The notes under the pieces: generated by a model
Seen by the model: only the letters and a program-made list of their open reading frames with translations
What the model was told of the DNA's origin: nothing
The model's database searches: none
Origin: Natronohydrobacter sp.
GTDB lineage: Bacteria; Pseudomonadota; Alphaproteobacteria; Rhodobacterales; Rhodobacteraceae
Assembly (NCBI GenBank): GCA_030603695.1
Contig: JAUVXF010000012.1
Span: 20,795-84,794, forward strand
Length of the DNA stretch: 64,000 bases
Direction of reading: 5' to 3'
Part shown: positions 7,906-22,420 of the stretch, one piece after another
Position numbering within the stretch: position 1 is the stretch's first letter
Layout: each line of letters starts with the position of its first letter
Position numbers and translations under genes: made by a program

Positions 7906-9602
7906 TCCGCTGGTTCGCGGCGTGTTGCTTCAGCGCCATTTGGCATGCGAAAGGCGCGCGCGGGCGGTGCGTCTTCGTCCATCTGGCCACCGCCGCCACA
8001 GGCTTTGATGGCGTTGCGTTCTTCTGCGCGGGCCTTGCCTTGGGCGCGCAACGCATCGCGCCGTTCCTGCGCTTTGCGCTTTTTATCGGCGTGATCTTCC
8101 CAATCGGCCATTTGTGCATCGGCAATGGTGCGGGTCATATCAAAGCCGAAATCCAGATCATCGCGCGGTTTCAGGCTGAAATAGCCATGCTTGCCCAGAT
8201 CATAGAACTGGCGCTGCACCCCGGCCTTGAGAAAGGCTTTCAGACAGCCAAGCAGATATTTGCGCCGGTATCCCGTGCCGCGCCATGGGTAATGGAACAG
8301 CGCCTTTTGCATATAGAAGCGGCGGTAGTTTTTCAGCACCCCTTCCAGCAGCGCGCCGCGCGTCATTTCCTTTGGCTTCATGATCGGGGTTACGAAATTG
8401 TATTTGGAATAATCGAACACCTCTACCTGATCGCGCAATTCCTGAAACAGCGGCGTAAAAGGCCAAGGCGTGTACATGGCCCAATTTGCAAGGTCTGGCT
8501 GCCAATCCCACGCCATGCGATAGGTTTCTTCCAGCGTTTCGGGGGTTTCATTGTCCAGCCCGACGATGAATTGCGCCTCTGTAAAGATATCGGCCTCGCG
8601 CAGCAGGCGGATGGCCTCTTTGTTCTGGGCGACTGTGGTTTCCTTGTTGAACTGGTCAAGCTTCATCTGCGCGGCCGCTTCGGTGCCAAGCGAGACATGG
8701 ACAAGCCCGGCCTTGCGATAGAAGGGCAACAATTCCTTGTCGCGCATGATATCGGTGACGCGGGTATTGATGCCCCATTGAATACGGCGCGGCAGATCGC
8801 GCGCGATCAATTCCTCGCAAAATTCGATGAATTTCTTGCGGTTGATGGTGGGTTCCTCATCGGCCAGAATGAAAAAGCCGACACCGTGGTTTTCCACCAG
8901 ATCCTCTATTTCATCGACCACTTTTTTCGGGTCACGCACGCGGTAATCGCGCCAGAATTTCCATTGGCTACAGAAGGAACAGGTAAAGGGGCAGCCCCGC
9001 GCCATATTGGGGATGGCGACACGGCGGTTCAGCGGCACATAGATGTATTTGTCCCATTCCAGTATCGACCAATCCGGCGTGATCCCATCAAGGTTTTTGA
9101 CGGTCGAGGCCGCTTGCGTGGCCACGATCTCGCCGTCCTCTATAAAGGCAAGACCATGGATTTTGCGCCGGTCGGCAGGCCAGCGCCCATCGCGGATGGC
9201 CTGCATCAGATTGACAACAATCTCTTCGCCCTCGCCGCGCACGATCACATCAATCCAGGGTGCCTCGCTCAGCACCTGGCGGAACATGAAGGTGGCATGC
9301 ACACCGCCCAGCACGGTAATGCACTCTGGCGCAACCTCGCGCGCGATTTTCATCACCTCTTCGGCCACATAGATTGAGGGCGTGATAGATGTTGTGCCCA
9401 CCACATCGGGCCTCAGCTCTGCCAGCTTGGCGCGCAATGTGTCATCATCGATGTGATTGGTCATCGCATCTATGAAATGAATGTCATCAAATCCAGCAGC
9501 TTTGAGCGAGCCTGTCAGATATGCCACCCATGCAGGGGGCCAGTTTCCGGCAATTTCCGCGCCGCCAGAGTGATAATTCGGATGGACAAAGACGATTCGC
9601 AT
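7902..9602 (-). CDS. bchE: Anaerobic Mg-protoporphyrin IX monomethyl ester oxidative cyclase BchE (B12-binding radical SAM)
   Basis: [29 protein letters not shown] (B12-binding domain) plus the radical-SAM cluster motif [11 protein letters not shown] at 9602 is preceded by GGAGGGA. The ORF-track start at 9638 looks like an upstream extension. Confidence 0.9.
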   Translation of the reverse strand: MRIVFVHPNYHSGGAEIAGNWPPAWVAYLTGSLKAAGFDDIHFIDAMTNHIDDDTLRAKLAELRPDVVGTTSITPSIYVAEEVMKIAREVAPECITVLGGVHATFMFRQVLSEAPWIDVIVRGEGEEIVVNLMQAIRDGRWPADRRKIHGLAFIEDGEIVATQAASTVKNLDGITPDWSILEWDKYIYVPLNRRVAIPNMARGCPFTCSFCSQWKFWRDYRVRDPKKVVDEIEDLVENHGVGFFILADEEPTINRKKFIEFCEELIARDLPRRIQWGINTRVTDIMRDKELLPFYRKAGLVHVSLGTEAAAQMKLDQFNKETTVAQNKEAIRLLREADIFTEAQFIVGLDNETPETLEETYRMAWDWQPDLANWAMYTPWPFTPLFQELRDQVEVFDYSKYNFVTPIMKPKEMTRGALLEGVLKNYRRFYMQKALFHYPWRGTGYRRKYLLGCLKAFLKAGVQRQFYDLGKHGYFSLKPRDDLDFGFDMTRTIADAQMADWEDHADKKRKAQERRDALRAQGKARAEERNAIKACGGGGQMDEDAPPARAFRMPNGAEATRREPAE

Positions 9603-9617
9603 GGGTTCCCTCCAGTG

Positions 9618-9635
9618 TGTAAACAGAGGTTTACA
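9618..9635. promoter_or_regulatory. PpsR/CrtJ operator palindrome TGT-N12-ACA (TGTAAACAGAGGTTTACA) upstream of bchE
   Basis: A perfect consensus 16 nt upstream of the bchE ATG. Confidence 0.6.
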
Positions 9636-9654
9636 CATCTGGTGACAACTTCAA

Positions 9655-9668
9655 TTGACACAGATCAA
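9655..9668. promoter_or_regulatory. FNR/FnrL-type box TTGAC-ACAG-ATCAA upstream of bchE
   Basis: One mismatch to TTGAT-N4-ATCAA. Its centre is about 60 nt upstream of the bchE ATG, which is consistent with a class II (-41.5) activator position if the TSS is near 9620. Confidence 0.55.
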
Positions 9669-9755
9669 AGCCAGAGGATGTTCGGCAATAAACCTGCACT
9701 AGGCACGCGGCGTGCTTTGATGCCCGCCTTGAACCCAGAACAGCCTTGGGGGGAT

Positions 9756-11174
9756 TTAGCCTTCTTCTTTGCTAAGCAACCCGTATTTGCGCAGCTTCAC
9801 ATACAAGGATTGCCGCGACAGGCCCAGCATTTCGGCAGCGGCAACGCGGTTGTTGCGCGTCAGTTCCAACGCGGTTTCGATACAGATCTTTTCGATCACA
9901 TCAGTCGTCTCTGACACGATGTCTTTCAGGGTGGATGACCCCACCAATTCGATCACGCCCTGCATATTGCTGTCTGGCCCGCCTGCTTCGGGGCGCAAGG
10001 CCCCGGCGCTGGAAGCATTGCGCAAGACCAGCGCCAGAACCGGATCAAACTGATCATCCAGCCATGTGGCAGATACCTCTACCCCGATCTGTGCGCCGAA
10101 ATCCGTATTCAGCTTGGTGGCATACATGCGCAATTGCCCGGCACGGCGCGCATTTTCCAGCAAGACCCGCAAATCCACCACGCCGCGCGCCAGAAATTCG
10201 GACAAAGACCGCCCGCGCACCGCAGCGGCAGAGGGTGAATCCGTCAGATTCAGGAATGTTTCGCTGGCGGCCAGAATATTGCCATCACGATCAGCGAACA
10301 CAATCGCATCAGACCCGTGATTGAACAGTTGCCGCAAATTGGATGCAAGGCGCTGATCCCCCACCGACCCGCCCTCCGGGTCTGTCAGGCGCAGTATGGC
10401 CAATTGCTCGCCAGAGGCCCGGAACATTTTGCCACTGATCTGCACTTTGCGTTGCGAGGATTTCACCTCTGCTTCCAGAATTGCGGCAGCCCCGGCAGCG
10501 CTGGAAACCTCCAGCCCCGCCATGAGCGCTTCGCGGGTTTGGCCGGCCAGAAACTCTGCCAGCGGCTTGCCAATCAAATCAGCGCGCGCGCGGCCCAGCG
10601 TGGCGGCGGCATCATGGTTGACATCCACCATCTGCCCCGTTGCCACCGAAATAAGCACGATGGCATCTGTCGTAAAATCCATCAGCAAACGGTAGCGCGT
10701 ATCTATTTCGCGTTGTGCTTCGTGGTCGCGTTCCAGCGCGATCTGAGCGTTCAGCAATAATTGCTGCATCTCTATTGTGGGGCGCTGGTCATGGCCCAGC
10801 ATCAGCAGATGGTCGCGGCCCGGCAGCATGTATAACGCATAGCGCACAGGCAGCATATCATTGCCCGGCAAAATATGGGTCAATTCTGTCCAGCGCGGCG
10901 CGAAACCCTGGTCTTCCTGGCGCATTTGCTCTGTTCTGCGGCGCAGCTTCTCGGCTGAAGCCGTATCAAGCAAAGTGTCGATCTGTGCACCCTTCCAGCC
11001 GGGCACAACCGAAGCTTGCGCAGAACTGGCCTTGCCAGAAGCCGCCATAATCTTGCCAGTAAGAGAGACAATCAGACAGATATCAGCAAGCCCGGCGACA
11101 ACGGACGCGATGAACGGGTCATCTACGAACCTTGCAACCTCTTGCGACAGAGATAGGCCCCCATGATCTGACAT
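9756..11174 (-). CDS. ppsR: Photosynthesis gene repressor PpsR (CrtJ), PAS domains plus C-terminal Fis-type HTH
   Basis: C-terminal ETALELTRNNRVAAAEMLGLSRQSLYVKLRKYGLL is a Fis-type HTH. ATG at 11174 follows GGAGGGAAG. It lies next to ppaA and bchE as in Rhodobacter. Confidence 0.9.
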   Translation of the reverse strand: MSDHGGLSLSQEVARFVDDPFIASVVAGLADICLIVSLTGKIMAASGKASSAQASVVPGWKGAQIDTLLDTASAEKLRRRTEQMRQEDQGFAPRWTELTHILPGNDMLPVRYALYMLPGRDHLLMLGHDQRPTIEMQQLLLNAQIALERDHEAQREIDTRYRLLMDFTTDAIVLISVATGQMVDVNHDAAATLGRARADLIGKPLAEFLAGQTREALMAGLEVSSAAGAAAILEAEVKSSQRKVQISGKMFRASGEQLAILRLTDPEGGSVGDQRLASNLRQLFNHGSDAIVFADRDGNILAASETFLNLTDSPSAAAVRGRSLSEFLARGVVDLRVLLENARRAGQLRMYATKLNTDFGAQIGVEVSATWLDDQFDPVLALVLRNASSAGALRPEAGGPDSNMQGVIELVGSSTLKDIVSETTDVIEKICIETALELTRNNRVAAAEMLGLSRQSLYVKLRKYGLLSKEEG

Positions 11175-11240
11175 GGTCACTCGCTTCCCTCCTGCTGCCA
11201 TACTGGCAGCGTTTTTCGCGGATATCGAGCGACGCCAACG

Positions 11241-12038
11241 CTACTCAGCGGCCGCACTGATCTGCTGAACGCCACAAAAATGAAGCGCATAATCAATGTC
11301 ATTTGTAACAAGGTTCGCGCCTGTCATCTCTGCGATTCGGCCAGGATCATTACCGACAATTTCGTTTGAAACCAAGCCCCCGCCAATGATGATCGGCATA
11401 TCAGGCACCGAGAGGGCGCGCAACTCCCGCACCATCGCGGCACAGGGCGGCAAAGACGAAAGATTGGATACCGAAATGAATACGGCGTGAAACCTGTTGC
11501 GCTCCATGATCTCGCGCAATTCGGATATCTGGGGCAGAAGCATGACCTTTACAGACACACCCCGCCAGCGCAACTGGTTGGCCGCAAGCATCGCACCCAA
11601 TGTGTGCTGTTCGCCCACAGGCAGTGTCAGCAAGACGCGCCCATTCCCCTGCCGCCCGCTTCTGTCCGACACCCAGGCATGCCCAATCTCTCGCAACACA
11701 TTCTGCATCCGCGCGCAGGCCATAGAGGCATGCAGGATGTCAATCTCTTCTTCATGCCATTGATGGCCTATCACGCTGACAGCATGGGGCAGATAGATAT
11801 CCATCACCTCATCCGCCGTGATCCGCCGGCGCTGCAATTCACTATAGATCGCGCTCAGGCGGCTTTGATCACCGCTGCGCGCATAGGCCACAATCTGCTC
11901 GGCCAGATCAGAACTGAAACTGCGCTGCGCCGAAGCAGCAGACCGACGCAATTCAGAAACAACCCGCATCGCGAAACTGCGCAAGGATAACGTGACCTCG
12001 CGCCCTAGCTGCCGTTCCGAATGCGCCTGTCCATCCAT
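11241..12038 (-). CDS. ppaA: PpaA/AerR cobalamin-binding photosynthesis regulator
   Basis: B12-binding-domain-like segment (LLTLPVGEQHTLGAMLAANQLRWRGVSVKVM...PIIIGGG). It sits immediately upstream of ppsR and divergent from bchF. The start is uncertain (alternative Met at 11969). Confidence 0.8.
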   Translation of the reverse strand: MDGQAHSERQLGREVTLSLRSFAMRVVSELRRSAASAQRSFSSDLAEQIVAYARSGDQSRLSAIYSELQRRRITADEVMDIYLPHAVSVIGHQWHEEEIDILHASMACARMQNVLREIGHAWVSDRSGRQGNGRVLLTLPVGEQHTLGAMLAANQLRWRGVSVKVMLLPQISELREIMERNRFHAVFISVSNLSSLPPCAAMVRELRALSVPDMPIIIGGGLVSNEIVGNDPGRIAEMTGANLVTNDIDYALHFCGVQQISAAAE

Positions 12039-12133
12039 GAGTTACCCCCCGCAGCCCCTCCCTTGCCTTGCGTCATGGCCCAATTGCGCGGCAAAGAGTC
12101 GTTCGCGCCAAGCGTCTCAGGAACGCTGCCGAA

Positions 12134-12151
12134 TGTCAAATAAAACTTACA
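12134..12151. promoter_or_regulatory. PpsR/CrtJ operator palindrome TGT-N12-ACA (TGTCAAATAAAACTTACA)
   Basis: A perfect consensus in the ppaA-bchF divergent intergenic region. Confidence 0.6.
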
Positions 12152-12275
12152 CACTTTAAGTGGCGCATATATTCCAGGCAAGCGCGGCAGAAATATAATC
12201 TGTAATTCAAGAGTTTCACTGCGAAAACCCGCAAGAACAGCGTAAATTTCCTTTACCACCCCGCCCGGCAGGGTG

Positions 12276-14116
<1,841 letters not shown>

Positions 14117-14150
14117 CAGCCTTCATCCGTTGCAGCACAGGATACCAGCC

Positions 14151-15728
14151 ATGAAGCTTGCGGTCTGGACATATGAAGGCCCGCCCCATGTTGGCGCGAT
14201 GCGTGTTGTCACAGGCATGCGCGATCTGCATATGGTGCTGCATGCGCCGCAGGGCGATACCTATGCCGATCTTCTGTTCACGATGATAGAGCGGCGCAAT
14301 CATCGCCCGCCTGTCAGCTATACCACCTTTCAGGCCCGCGATCTGGGCGCGGATACGGCTGGCATGTTCATGCAATCGGCCCGCGATGCCCATGCCCGCT
14401 TTCAACCGCAAGCGCTGCTTGTCGCGGCCTCTTGCACCGCAGAGCTGATTCAGGATGATCCCGGTGGGCTGGCCGAAACCATGGGCCTGCCCGTGCCTGT
14501 GATTGCGCTGGATTTGCCCAGCTATCAGCGCAAAGAAAATTTTGGCTGTGACGAGGCATTTTTGCAAATCTGCCGCACTCTGGCCCGGCCCATGGCCCGC
14601 ACAGAACGCGTAACCTGCAACATCTTCGGCCCCACAGCGCTTGGCTTTCGCCACCGCGATGATCTGGCCGAAATTACGGGCCTGCTGTCAGAGATGGGCA
14701 TAGAGGTGAACGTGGCCGCGCCCATGGGGGCCAGCCCAGCCGATATCACGCGTTTGGGCGCGGCGCATTTCAATGTGCTGCTCTATCCGGAAACGGCGGA
14801 ATCCGCCGCGCGCTGGTGCGAAAAGGAACTGGGCCAGCCCTTTACCAAAACCATCCCCATTGGCGTGAATGCCACCCGCGCCTTTATCGACGAGGTGCGC
14901 GCACTGTCTGGCAGCACTCTGCCAGTGGACGACCAGCGCTTGCGCCAGCCCTGGTGGGCGGCCTCTGTCGATAGCACGTATCTTACAGGCAAGCGCGTGT
15001 TCCTGTTTGGCGATGGCACACATGTGATGGCCGCTGCCAAAGTGGCCCGCGATGAAATGGGCTTCGAGGTCTGCGGCATGGGCTGCTACAACCGCGAACA
15101 GGCCCGCCCGCTGCGCGCGCTCGCACGCGACTTCGGGCTAGAGGCGCTGATCACCGATGACTACCTCGATGTCGAACGCGCGATTGAAGAAGCCGCGCCG
15201 GAAATGATCCTTGGCACGCAGATGGAACGCCATATCGGCAAACGCCTTGGCATTCCCTGCGCCGTTATATCCGCGCCTGTGCATGTGCAGGATTTCCCCG
15301 CCCGCTATTCGCCCCAGATGGGGTTTGAAGGGGCAAATGTGCTGTTTGATACCTGGGTTCACCCGCTGGTCATGGGGCTGGAGGAACATCTTCTCACCAT
15401 GTTCCGCGAGGATTTTGAATTCCACGATGCGGCTGGGCCGTCCCACCATGGGGGCAAGGCGCATCCGCTGCCACTCGATCAGACCGCCGCGCATGCGGCC
15501 GCGGCTGAAGCGGGCTCGATGCCCGCGCCAGACGCTCTGCCCCAAGCTGCCGTCCCGTCCCTGGACAATATCGTCTGGCTTGGCTGCGCCGAACGTGAAC
15601 TCAAAAAAATCCCCTTCTTCGTGCGCGGCAAAGCCCGCCGCAATACCGAAAAATTCGCCGTTGAAAAAGGTCTGAACGAAATATCGGTCGATACGCTTTA
15701 CGAGGCAAAGGCCCATTATGCTCGATAA
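14151..15728 (+). CDS. bchB: Light-independent protochlorophyllide reductase subunit B (BchB)
   Basis: ATG at 14151 gives [38 protein letters not shown], the canonical BchB/ChlB N-terminus. Confidence 0.9.
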   Translation: MKLAVWTYEGPPHVGAMRVVTGMRDLHMVLHAPQGDTYADLLFTMIERRNHRPPVSYTTFQARDLGADTAGMFMQSARDAHARFQPQALLVAASCTAELIQDDPGGLAETMGLPVPVIALDLPSYQRKENFGCDEAFLQICRTLARPMARTERVTCNIFGPTALGFRHRDDLAEITGLLSEMGIEVNVAAPMGASPADITRLGAAHFNVLLYPETAESAARWCEKELGQPFTKTIPIGVNATRAFIDEVRALSGSTLPVDDQRLRQPWWAASVDSTYLTGKRVFLFGDGTHVMAAAKVARDEMGFEVCGMGCYNREQARPLRALARDFGLEALITDDYLDVERAIEEAAPEMILGTQMERHIGKRLGIPCAVISAPVHVQDFPARYSPQMGFEGANVLFDTWVHPLVMGLEEHLLTMFREDFEFHDAAGPSHHGGKAHPLPLDQTAAHAAAAEAGSMPAPDALPQAAVPSLDNIVWLGCAERELKKIPFFVRGKARRNTEKFAVEKGLNEISVDTLYEAKAHYAR

Positions 15729-18700
15729 CAGCGCGCTCCAGCCCAAACCATACCGCTTCGTTGTCGTCACGCTTGACGCACATGCGGCTGGCCCGGCCTT
15801 GCGCGTTCTGCCGCGGTTGCGCGCGGATTTTCCGGGGCTGGATGTCTCTATCCACGCGGCTGCCGAATGGGCCGAAAACCCCGCCGCCCTGGCAGAGGCC
15901 AAGGCCGCCATAAATGCCGCCGATATTGTGGTGGCCAATCTTCTGTTCATCGAAGAGCACGTTACCGCCTGTCTGCCCGAATTGCAGGCAGCGCGGGCGC
16001 GCTGTGATGCCTTTATCGGCGTGATTGCCGATCCCCAGGTCGTGAAACTCACGAAAATGGGCGATCTGGACATGATGAAGCCCGCCACGGGCATTGCCAA
16101 GATCATGAAAAAGCTGCGCGGTGGCGGTGACAAAACCAAGCCCGCCTCTGGCGAAAAGCAGATGAGCCTGCTGCGCCGCCTGCCCAAAATTCTGCGCTTC
16201 ATCCCCGGCAAGGCCCAAGACCTGCGCGCATGGTTTTTGTCCATGCAATACTGGCTGGGCGGTTCCGATGAAAACATCGAAGCGATGATGCGCTTTTTGA
16301 TTGCGCGCTATGCCAGCCGGACAGAATGGCGCGGCATCAAGGCCGCAGCGCCCATAGATTACCCCGAAGTGGGGCTGTATCACCCCGATCTGCCTAGCCG
16401 CATGACCACCAACGCCGCCGATCTGCCGCGCCCCGAAAATGCCGTGGGCACTGTCGGGCTTTTGATGATGCGCTCCTACCTTCTCGCCTCGGACACGGCG
16501 CATTATGACGCCGTTATCCGCGCGCTGGAGGCCAAGGGCCTTGCGGTTCTGCCCGCCTTTGCCGGGGGGCTGGATGGCCGCCCCGCGATTGAAGCCTATC
16601 ATGCAGGCAAGATCGATGCTTTGCTGTCACTGACAGGGTTCAGCCTTGTGGGCGGGCCTGCCTATAATGACAGCCCCGCCGCCGTGACCGTGCTCAAGGC
16701 GCTGAATGTGCCTTATATGGTGGCCCATCCTTTGGAATTTCAGACACTTGGGCAATGGGCGGCCTCTGGCACTGGCCTTGGCCCTGTCGAAACCACCATG
16801 CTGATCGCGCTGCCTGAAATTGATGGCGCAACTTGCCCCACAGTCTTTGCGGGCCGTCACGGAATGGAAAAATGCACAGGCTGCGCCCATGCCTGTCAGG
16901 TCGAGGAAAGCTCGCGCGAGATGGCGCCCTGCCATGAGCGTATCACCTCGCTGGCCGAGAAAGTGGCGCGCATGGTGCGCCTGCGCCGCACCCAGAACGC
17001 CGATAAGAAGGTGGGGATTGTCCTGTTTGGCTTTCCGCCCAATGCGGGTGCGGTGGGCACAGCCGCTTATCTGGATGTGTTTGAAAGCCTGTTCAACACC
17101 CTGCACCAGATGGCCCGCGAAGGCTATAGCCTGACACCCCCCGCCACCTCGGATGATCTGCGCGCGGCTGTGCTGAAAGGCAATGCGGCCACCTATGGGC
17201 AAGAGGCCAATGTCGCCGCCCATATCCCGGCCGAGGAGATGGTGCGCAACTGCCCGCCGCTGGCCGCGATTGAATCTGTCTGGGGGCCTGCGCCGGGGCG
17301 CGTGCAATCTGACGGGCGCGGGGTGTTCATCTTGGGCGCGCAATTTGGCAATGTCTTTGTCGGGGTTCAGCCCACATTCGGCTATGAGGGCGACCCGATG
17401 CGCCTGCTCTTCGAGCGTGGCTTTGCCCCGACCCATGCTTTTGCGCAATTCTACCTCTGGCTGCGCAATACCTACCGCGCCGATGTGATCTTGCATTTTG
17501 GCATGCATGGCGCGCTGGAATTCATGCCCGGCAAACAGGCCGGGCTTGGCGCGCGCGATTGGCCCGACCGCCTGATTGGCGAAATGCCCAATATCTACCT
17601 CTATGCCGCCAACAACCCGTCAGAGGCCAGCCTTGCCAAGCGCCGCTCTGGCGCGGTGACAATCACCCATCTTACCCCCCCTGTGGCGCAAGCGGGCCTC
17701 TATAAGGGCCTGCAAGAGCTGAAAGACAGCCTGACGCGCTGGCGCCGGATGCCCGCGGATGACCCCGCGCGCGCCGATCTGGAAACGCTGATTGCCGAAC
17801 AGGCGGGCGCGGTGGATCTGGCAGGCGGGCCGGAAACGCTGTGGATCAAACTTCTGGAATGCGAAGATGCGCTTATTCCCGAAGGGCTGCATATTTTGGG
17901 CCGCACGCCCGATGCAGGCGCACGCGCAAAGCTGCTGGCCAATGTTGACACCGATGATGCCACCCGCGCCGCGATGGATGCCGCCCTTCAGGAAGACCAT
18001 GAACTGCGTGGCCTGATGCGTGCGCTGGGTGCGGAATATATTGCCCCCGTTCCGGGTGGCGATCTGCTGCGCAGCCCCGAAATTGTGCCCACGGGCCGCA
18101 ATATTCATGCCTTCGATCCCTTCCGCATGCCCACCGCCTTTGCCATGCGTGAAGGGGCCGTGCAGGCGCAAAAAATCCTCAATGCCCATCCCAGCCTGCC
18201 GCGCACAGTGGCCATGGTGCTATGGGGGTCTGACAATATCAAATCCGATGGCGGCCCGATTGCGCAGGCTTTGGCGCTGATGGGCGCAACCCCGCGCTTT
18301 GATGCCTATGGCCGCCTGTCTGGCGCCGATCTGATCCCGCTGGCGGAACTGGGCCGCCCGCGCATTGATGTGGTGATGACACTTTCCGGCATTTTCCGCG
18401 ATCTGCTGCCCTTGCAAACCCGCCTTTTGGCCGAAGCCGCGCTGAAAGCGGCCCTTGCAGATGAACCAGAGGCACAGAATTTCATCCGCGCCCATGCGCT
18501 GGCCGCCGCGCGTGATCTGGGCGTTGATCTGGAAACCGCCGCCTTGCGCGTGTTCTCCAATGCCGAAGGGGCGTATGGTTCCAATGTGAACCAGCTTGTC
18601 GATAGCTCTGCCTTTGGCGATGAGGACGAATTGGCCGATGCCTATCAGGCCCGCAAGGGCTTTGCCTATGGGGTGAATGGCAAGCCCGTGGCGCAAGCGG

Positions 18701-19269
18701 AATTGCTGAAAGCCACGCTGAAAACCGTGGATATGGCCTATCAGAATCTGGAATCCGTGGAACTGGGTGTGACCACGGTTGACCATTATTTTGATACGCT
18801 GGGCGGGATTGCCCGCGCTGTGAAACGCGCGCGCGGCGGGCAGGATACGCCGGTTTATATCGGTGATCAGACGCGCGGCAGCGGCAAGGTACGCAGCCTG
18901 CGCGACCAGATCGCACTGGAAACCCGGTCGCGCGCGCTGAACCCGAAATTCTACGAGGCGCTCTTGGTGCACAAGGCCGAAGGCGTGCGCCAGATAGAGG
19001 CACATGTGACAAACACGCTGGGCTGGTCTGCCACCACGGGCACAGTAGAGCCGTGGGTCTATCAGCGCCTGTCAGAAACCTTTGTGCTGGACGAGGCCAT
19101 GCGCCGCCGTCTGGCCGAATTGAACCCCCAAGCCAGCGCCCGTCTGGCAGGCCGCCTGATCGAGGCGCATGAGCGCAATTACTGGCAGCCCGACGCCGCC
19201 ACACTGGCCGCGCTGCAAGATGCCGCCGATGAAATAGAAGACCGCGTTGAAGGGATTGCCGCCGAATGA
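15718..19269 (+). CDS. bchH: Magnesium chelatase H subunit (BchH)
   Basis: 1183 aa CobN/Mg-chelatase family protein in the bchB-bchH-bchL position. It overlaps the end of bchB by 11 nt. Confidence 0.95.
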   Translation: MLDNSALQPKPYRFVVVTLDAHAAGPALRVLPRLRADFPGLDVSIHAAAEWAENPAALAEAKAAINAADIVVANLLFIEEHVTACLPELQAARARCDAFIGVIADPQVVKLTKMGDLDMMKPATGIAKIMKKLRGGGDKTKPASGEKQMSLLRRLPKILRFIPGKAQDLRAWFLSMQYWLGGSDENIEAMMRFLIARYASRTEWRGIKAAAPIDYPEVGLYHPDLPSRMTTNAADLPRPENAVGTVGLLMMRSYLLASDTAHYDAVIRALEAKGLAVLPAFAGGLDGRPAIEAYHAGKIDALLSLTGFSLVGGPAYNDSPAAVTVLKALNVPYMVAHPLEFQTLGQWAASGTGLGPVETTMLIALPEIDGATCPTVFAGRHGMEKCTGCAHACQVEESSREMAPCHERITSLAEKVARMVRLRRTQNADKKVGIVLFGFPPNAGAVGTAAYLDVFESLFNTLHQMAREGYSLTPPATSDDLRAAVLKGNAATYGQEANVAAHIPAEEMVRNCPPLAAIESVWGPAPGRVQSDGRGVFILGAQFGNVFVGVQPTFGYEGDPMRLLFERGFAPTHAFAQFYLWLRNTYRADVILHFGMHGALEFMPGKQAGLGARDWPDRLIGEMPNIYLYAANNPSEASLAKRRSGAVTITHLTPPVAQAGLYKGLQELKDSLTRWRRMPADDPARADLETLIAEQAGAVDLAGGPETLWIKLLECEDALIPEGLHILGRTPDAGARAKLLANVDTDDATRAAMDAALQEDHELRGLMRALGAEYIAPVPGGDLLRSPEIVPTGRNIHAFDPFRMPTAFAMREGAVQAQKILNAHPSLPRTVAMVLWGSDNIKSDGGPIAQALALMGATPRFDAYGRLSGADLIPLAELGRPRIDVVMTLSGIFRDLLPLQTRLLAEAALKAALADEPEAQNFIRAHALAAARDLGVDLETAALRVFSNAEGAYGSNVNQLVDSSAFGDEDELADAYQARKGFAYGVNGKPVAQAELLKATLKTVDMAYQNLESVELGVTTVDHYFDTLGGIARAVKRARGGQDTPVYIGDQTRGSGKVRSLRDQIALETRSRALNPKFYEALLVHKAEGVRQIEAHVTNTLGWSATTGTVEPWVYQRLSETFVLDEAMRRRLAELNPQASARLAGRLIEAHERNYWQPDAATLAALQDAADEIEDRVEGIAAE

Positions 19270-20294
<1,025 letters not shown>

Positions 20295-20295
<1 letters not shown>

Positions 20296-20969
20296 TGCGC
20301 GATCTGGCCCCGTCCTCCAGCTATGACAGCACCCGCACCCGCGTTGCCAGCTATTTCGATGGCACGGCCACGCGGGTGTGGGAGCGTCTGACATCTGACG
20401 CGCCGGTATCGCGCATTCGTCAGACGGTGCGCGCCGGGCGCGACAGCATGCGCGCGCTGATGCTGGCGCAGCTGCCCACGGATCTGCGCGGCGCGCGGGT
20501 GCTGGATGCAGGCTGCGGCACAGGGGCTGCCAGTGCCGAACTGGCCGCGCGCGGGGCCGATGTGCTGGCAATAGATATTTCGCCCAAGCTGGTAGAGATT
20601 GCCGCCACCCGCATGCCCGAAGGGCTGGCGGGCCGCGTGCAGTTTCGCGCAGGCGATATGCTGGCGGCAGAATTGGGCCGGTTTGACCATGTTATCGCCA
20701 TGGACAGCCTGATCTATTACACCCGCCCCGATCTGGAAGCCGCCCTTGATGGGCTGGCCACACGCGCCGGGCAGATTGTGTTCACCGTGGCCCCGCGCAC
20801 ACCGTTGTTGATGGCGATGTGGCACACGGGCCGCCTGTTCCCGCGGGCAGACCGTTCGCCCGCGATGATCCCCCAAGACCATAAGCGCCTTGGTGTGGCG
20901 GGCCTGTCGCGCGTGGGCCGGGTCTCGCGCGGGTTTTACATTTCCGAATGTCTGAGGGTGCAGCAATGA
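20295..20969 (+). CDS. bchM: Mg-protoporphyrin IX methyltransferase (BchM)
   Basis: 224 aa with a SAM-binding motif (VLDAGCGTGAASAELAARGADV). The start overlaps the bchL stop by 1 nt. Confidence 0.9.
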
Positions 20970-22402
20970 TTATCCCCAAGGCCATGTTCAGCAAGATCGG
21001 CATGAATTGGCTGCCCTTTGCAGATGCGGCCTCTGAAGGGTTGCCGCTGCGCCAGATTTTGCGGCTGAGCCTGTTTCAGGTATCGGTGGGCATGGCCACA
21101 GTGCTTCTGCTGGGCACGCTGAACCGCGTGATGATTGTGGAACTGTCACTCGCCGCCAGCATTGTGGCCGTCATGATCGCGCTGCCGGTGCTGATTGCGC
21201 CCTTCCGGGCGCTGCTTGGCTTTCGCTCTGACAACCATCGCTCGGCCATTGGCTGGAAGCGCATTCCCTATCTGTGGTTCGGCTCGCTCTGGCAATTCGG
21301 GGGGCTGGCCATCATGCCCTTCGCGCTGTTGGTGCTGACAGGCGATGTGGTGCATGATGTCCCCTTCGCAGGTGAGGTGATTGCCGCATTGGCCTTTCTG
21401 ATGACGGGCTTTGGCCTGCATATGACACAGACAGCCGGTGTGGCACTGGCCGCTGATCGCGCCGATGATGAAACCCGCCCGCGCGTGGTGGCGCTGCTTT
21501 ATGTCACCTTCCTTGGGGGGATGGCCATTTCTGCGCTGATTGTGGGCTGGCTGCTGCGCGATTTCAGCGATTTGCGCCTGATCCAGGTGGTGCAGGGCTG
21601 CGCGGTGTTTACGCTGGCGCTGAATATCATCGCGCTGTGGAAGCAGGAAAAGATCAAACCCATGACGCGCGCAGAGCGCGAGGCCCCCAAGCCCGCCTTT
21701 CGCGATGCGTGGAATGATTACATCAAGGGCGGGCAGGCGGGGCGCTTGCTGGCAGTGGTGTTTCTGGGCGGTCTGGCCTTCAATATGCAAGATGTGCTGC
21801 TGGAACCCTATGGCGGCGAAATTCTGGGCCTGTCTGTTGCGGCCACAACCACCTTGACCGCTGTCTGGGCCTTGGGCGCACTCAGCGGGTTTTGGCTGGC
21901 CGCGCGCTGGCTGGCGCGCGGGGTGGATCAGTTTCGCATGGCGGGGCTGGGCATTCTGATCGGGATTTTCGCGTTTTCGGCCGTTATCTTTGCCGGGCCA
22001 CTGCAATCCGGGGGCCTGTTCTATTTCGGGGCGCTTTGCATTGGCTTTGGGCTGGGGCTGTTCGCTGTCTCCACGCTGACAGCCGCCATGGAAATGCCCC
22101 GGCGTGGCATTGTGGGCGGCGGGCTGGCACTGGGCGCATGGGGGGCCGCGCAGGCCACCGCAGCCGGGCTGGCCGTTGCGCTGGGCGGCGGCATTCGCGA
22201 CACTGTGCAAGGGCTGGCCAATGCGGGCCATCTGGGCGCGGGCCTGATGACCCCCGATATCGGCTATTCTGTTGTTTACCATATCGAAATCGGGCTTTTG
22301 TTCCTGACGCTTATCATCCTTGGCCCCTTGGTCAAGACACGGATTCACAACTCTACCACACACCGCAACCAACGGATCGGCCTTGCCGATTTCCCGACCT
22401 GA
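20966..22402 (+). CDS. lhaA: LhaA, PucC-family LH1 assembly protein (MFS-like)
   Basis: Polytopic protein between bchM and puhA. ATG at 20966 makes an ATGA overlap with the bchM stop. ATG at 20948 is an alternative start. Confidence 0.85.
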   Translation: MIIPKAMFSKIGMNWLPFADAASEGLPLRQILRLSLFQVSVGMATVLLLGTLNRVMIVELSLAASIVAVMIALPVLIAPFRALLGFRSDNHRSAIGWKRIPYLWFGSLWQFGGLAIMPFALLVLTGDVVHDVPFAGEVIAALAFLMTGFGLHMTQTAGVALAADRADDETRPRVVALLYVTFLGGMAISALIVGWLLRDFSDLRLIQVVQGCAVFTLALNIIALWKQEKIKPMTRAEREAPKPAFRDAWNDYIKGGQAGRLLAVVFLGGLAFNMQDVLLEPYGGEILGLSVAATTTLTAVWALGALSGFWLAARWLARGVDQFRMAGLGILIGIFAFSAVIFAGPLQSGGLFYFGALCIGFGLGLFAVSTLTAAMEMPRRGIVGGGLALGAWGAAQATAAGLAVALGGGIRDTVQGLANAGHLGAGLMTPDIGYSVVYHIEIGLLFLTLIILGPLVKTRIHNSTTHRNQRIGLADFPT

Positions 22403-22420
22403 CCCAACGGAGGAAAGACC

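Noticed and set aside
9643-9660. Possible second PpsR site TGA-N12-ACA upstream of bchE
   Set aside because: It mismatches the invariant TGT half-site, and its right half is better explained as part of the FNR-type box TTGAC-N4-ATCAA at 9655..9668.
12201-12218. Imperfect PpsR-like sequence TGT-N12-TCA between the two perfect boxes of the ppaA-bchF region
   Set aside because: It has one mismatch in the conserved ACA half-site. It is mentioned in a finding but not called as a feature.
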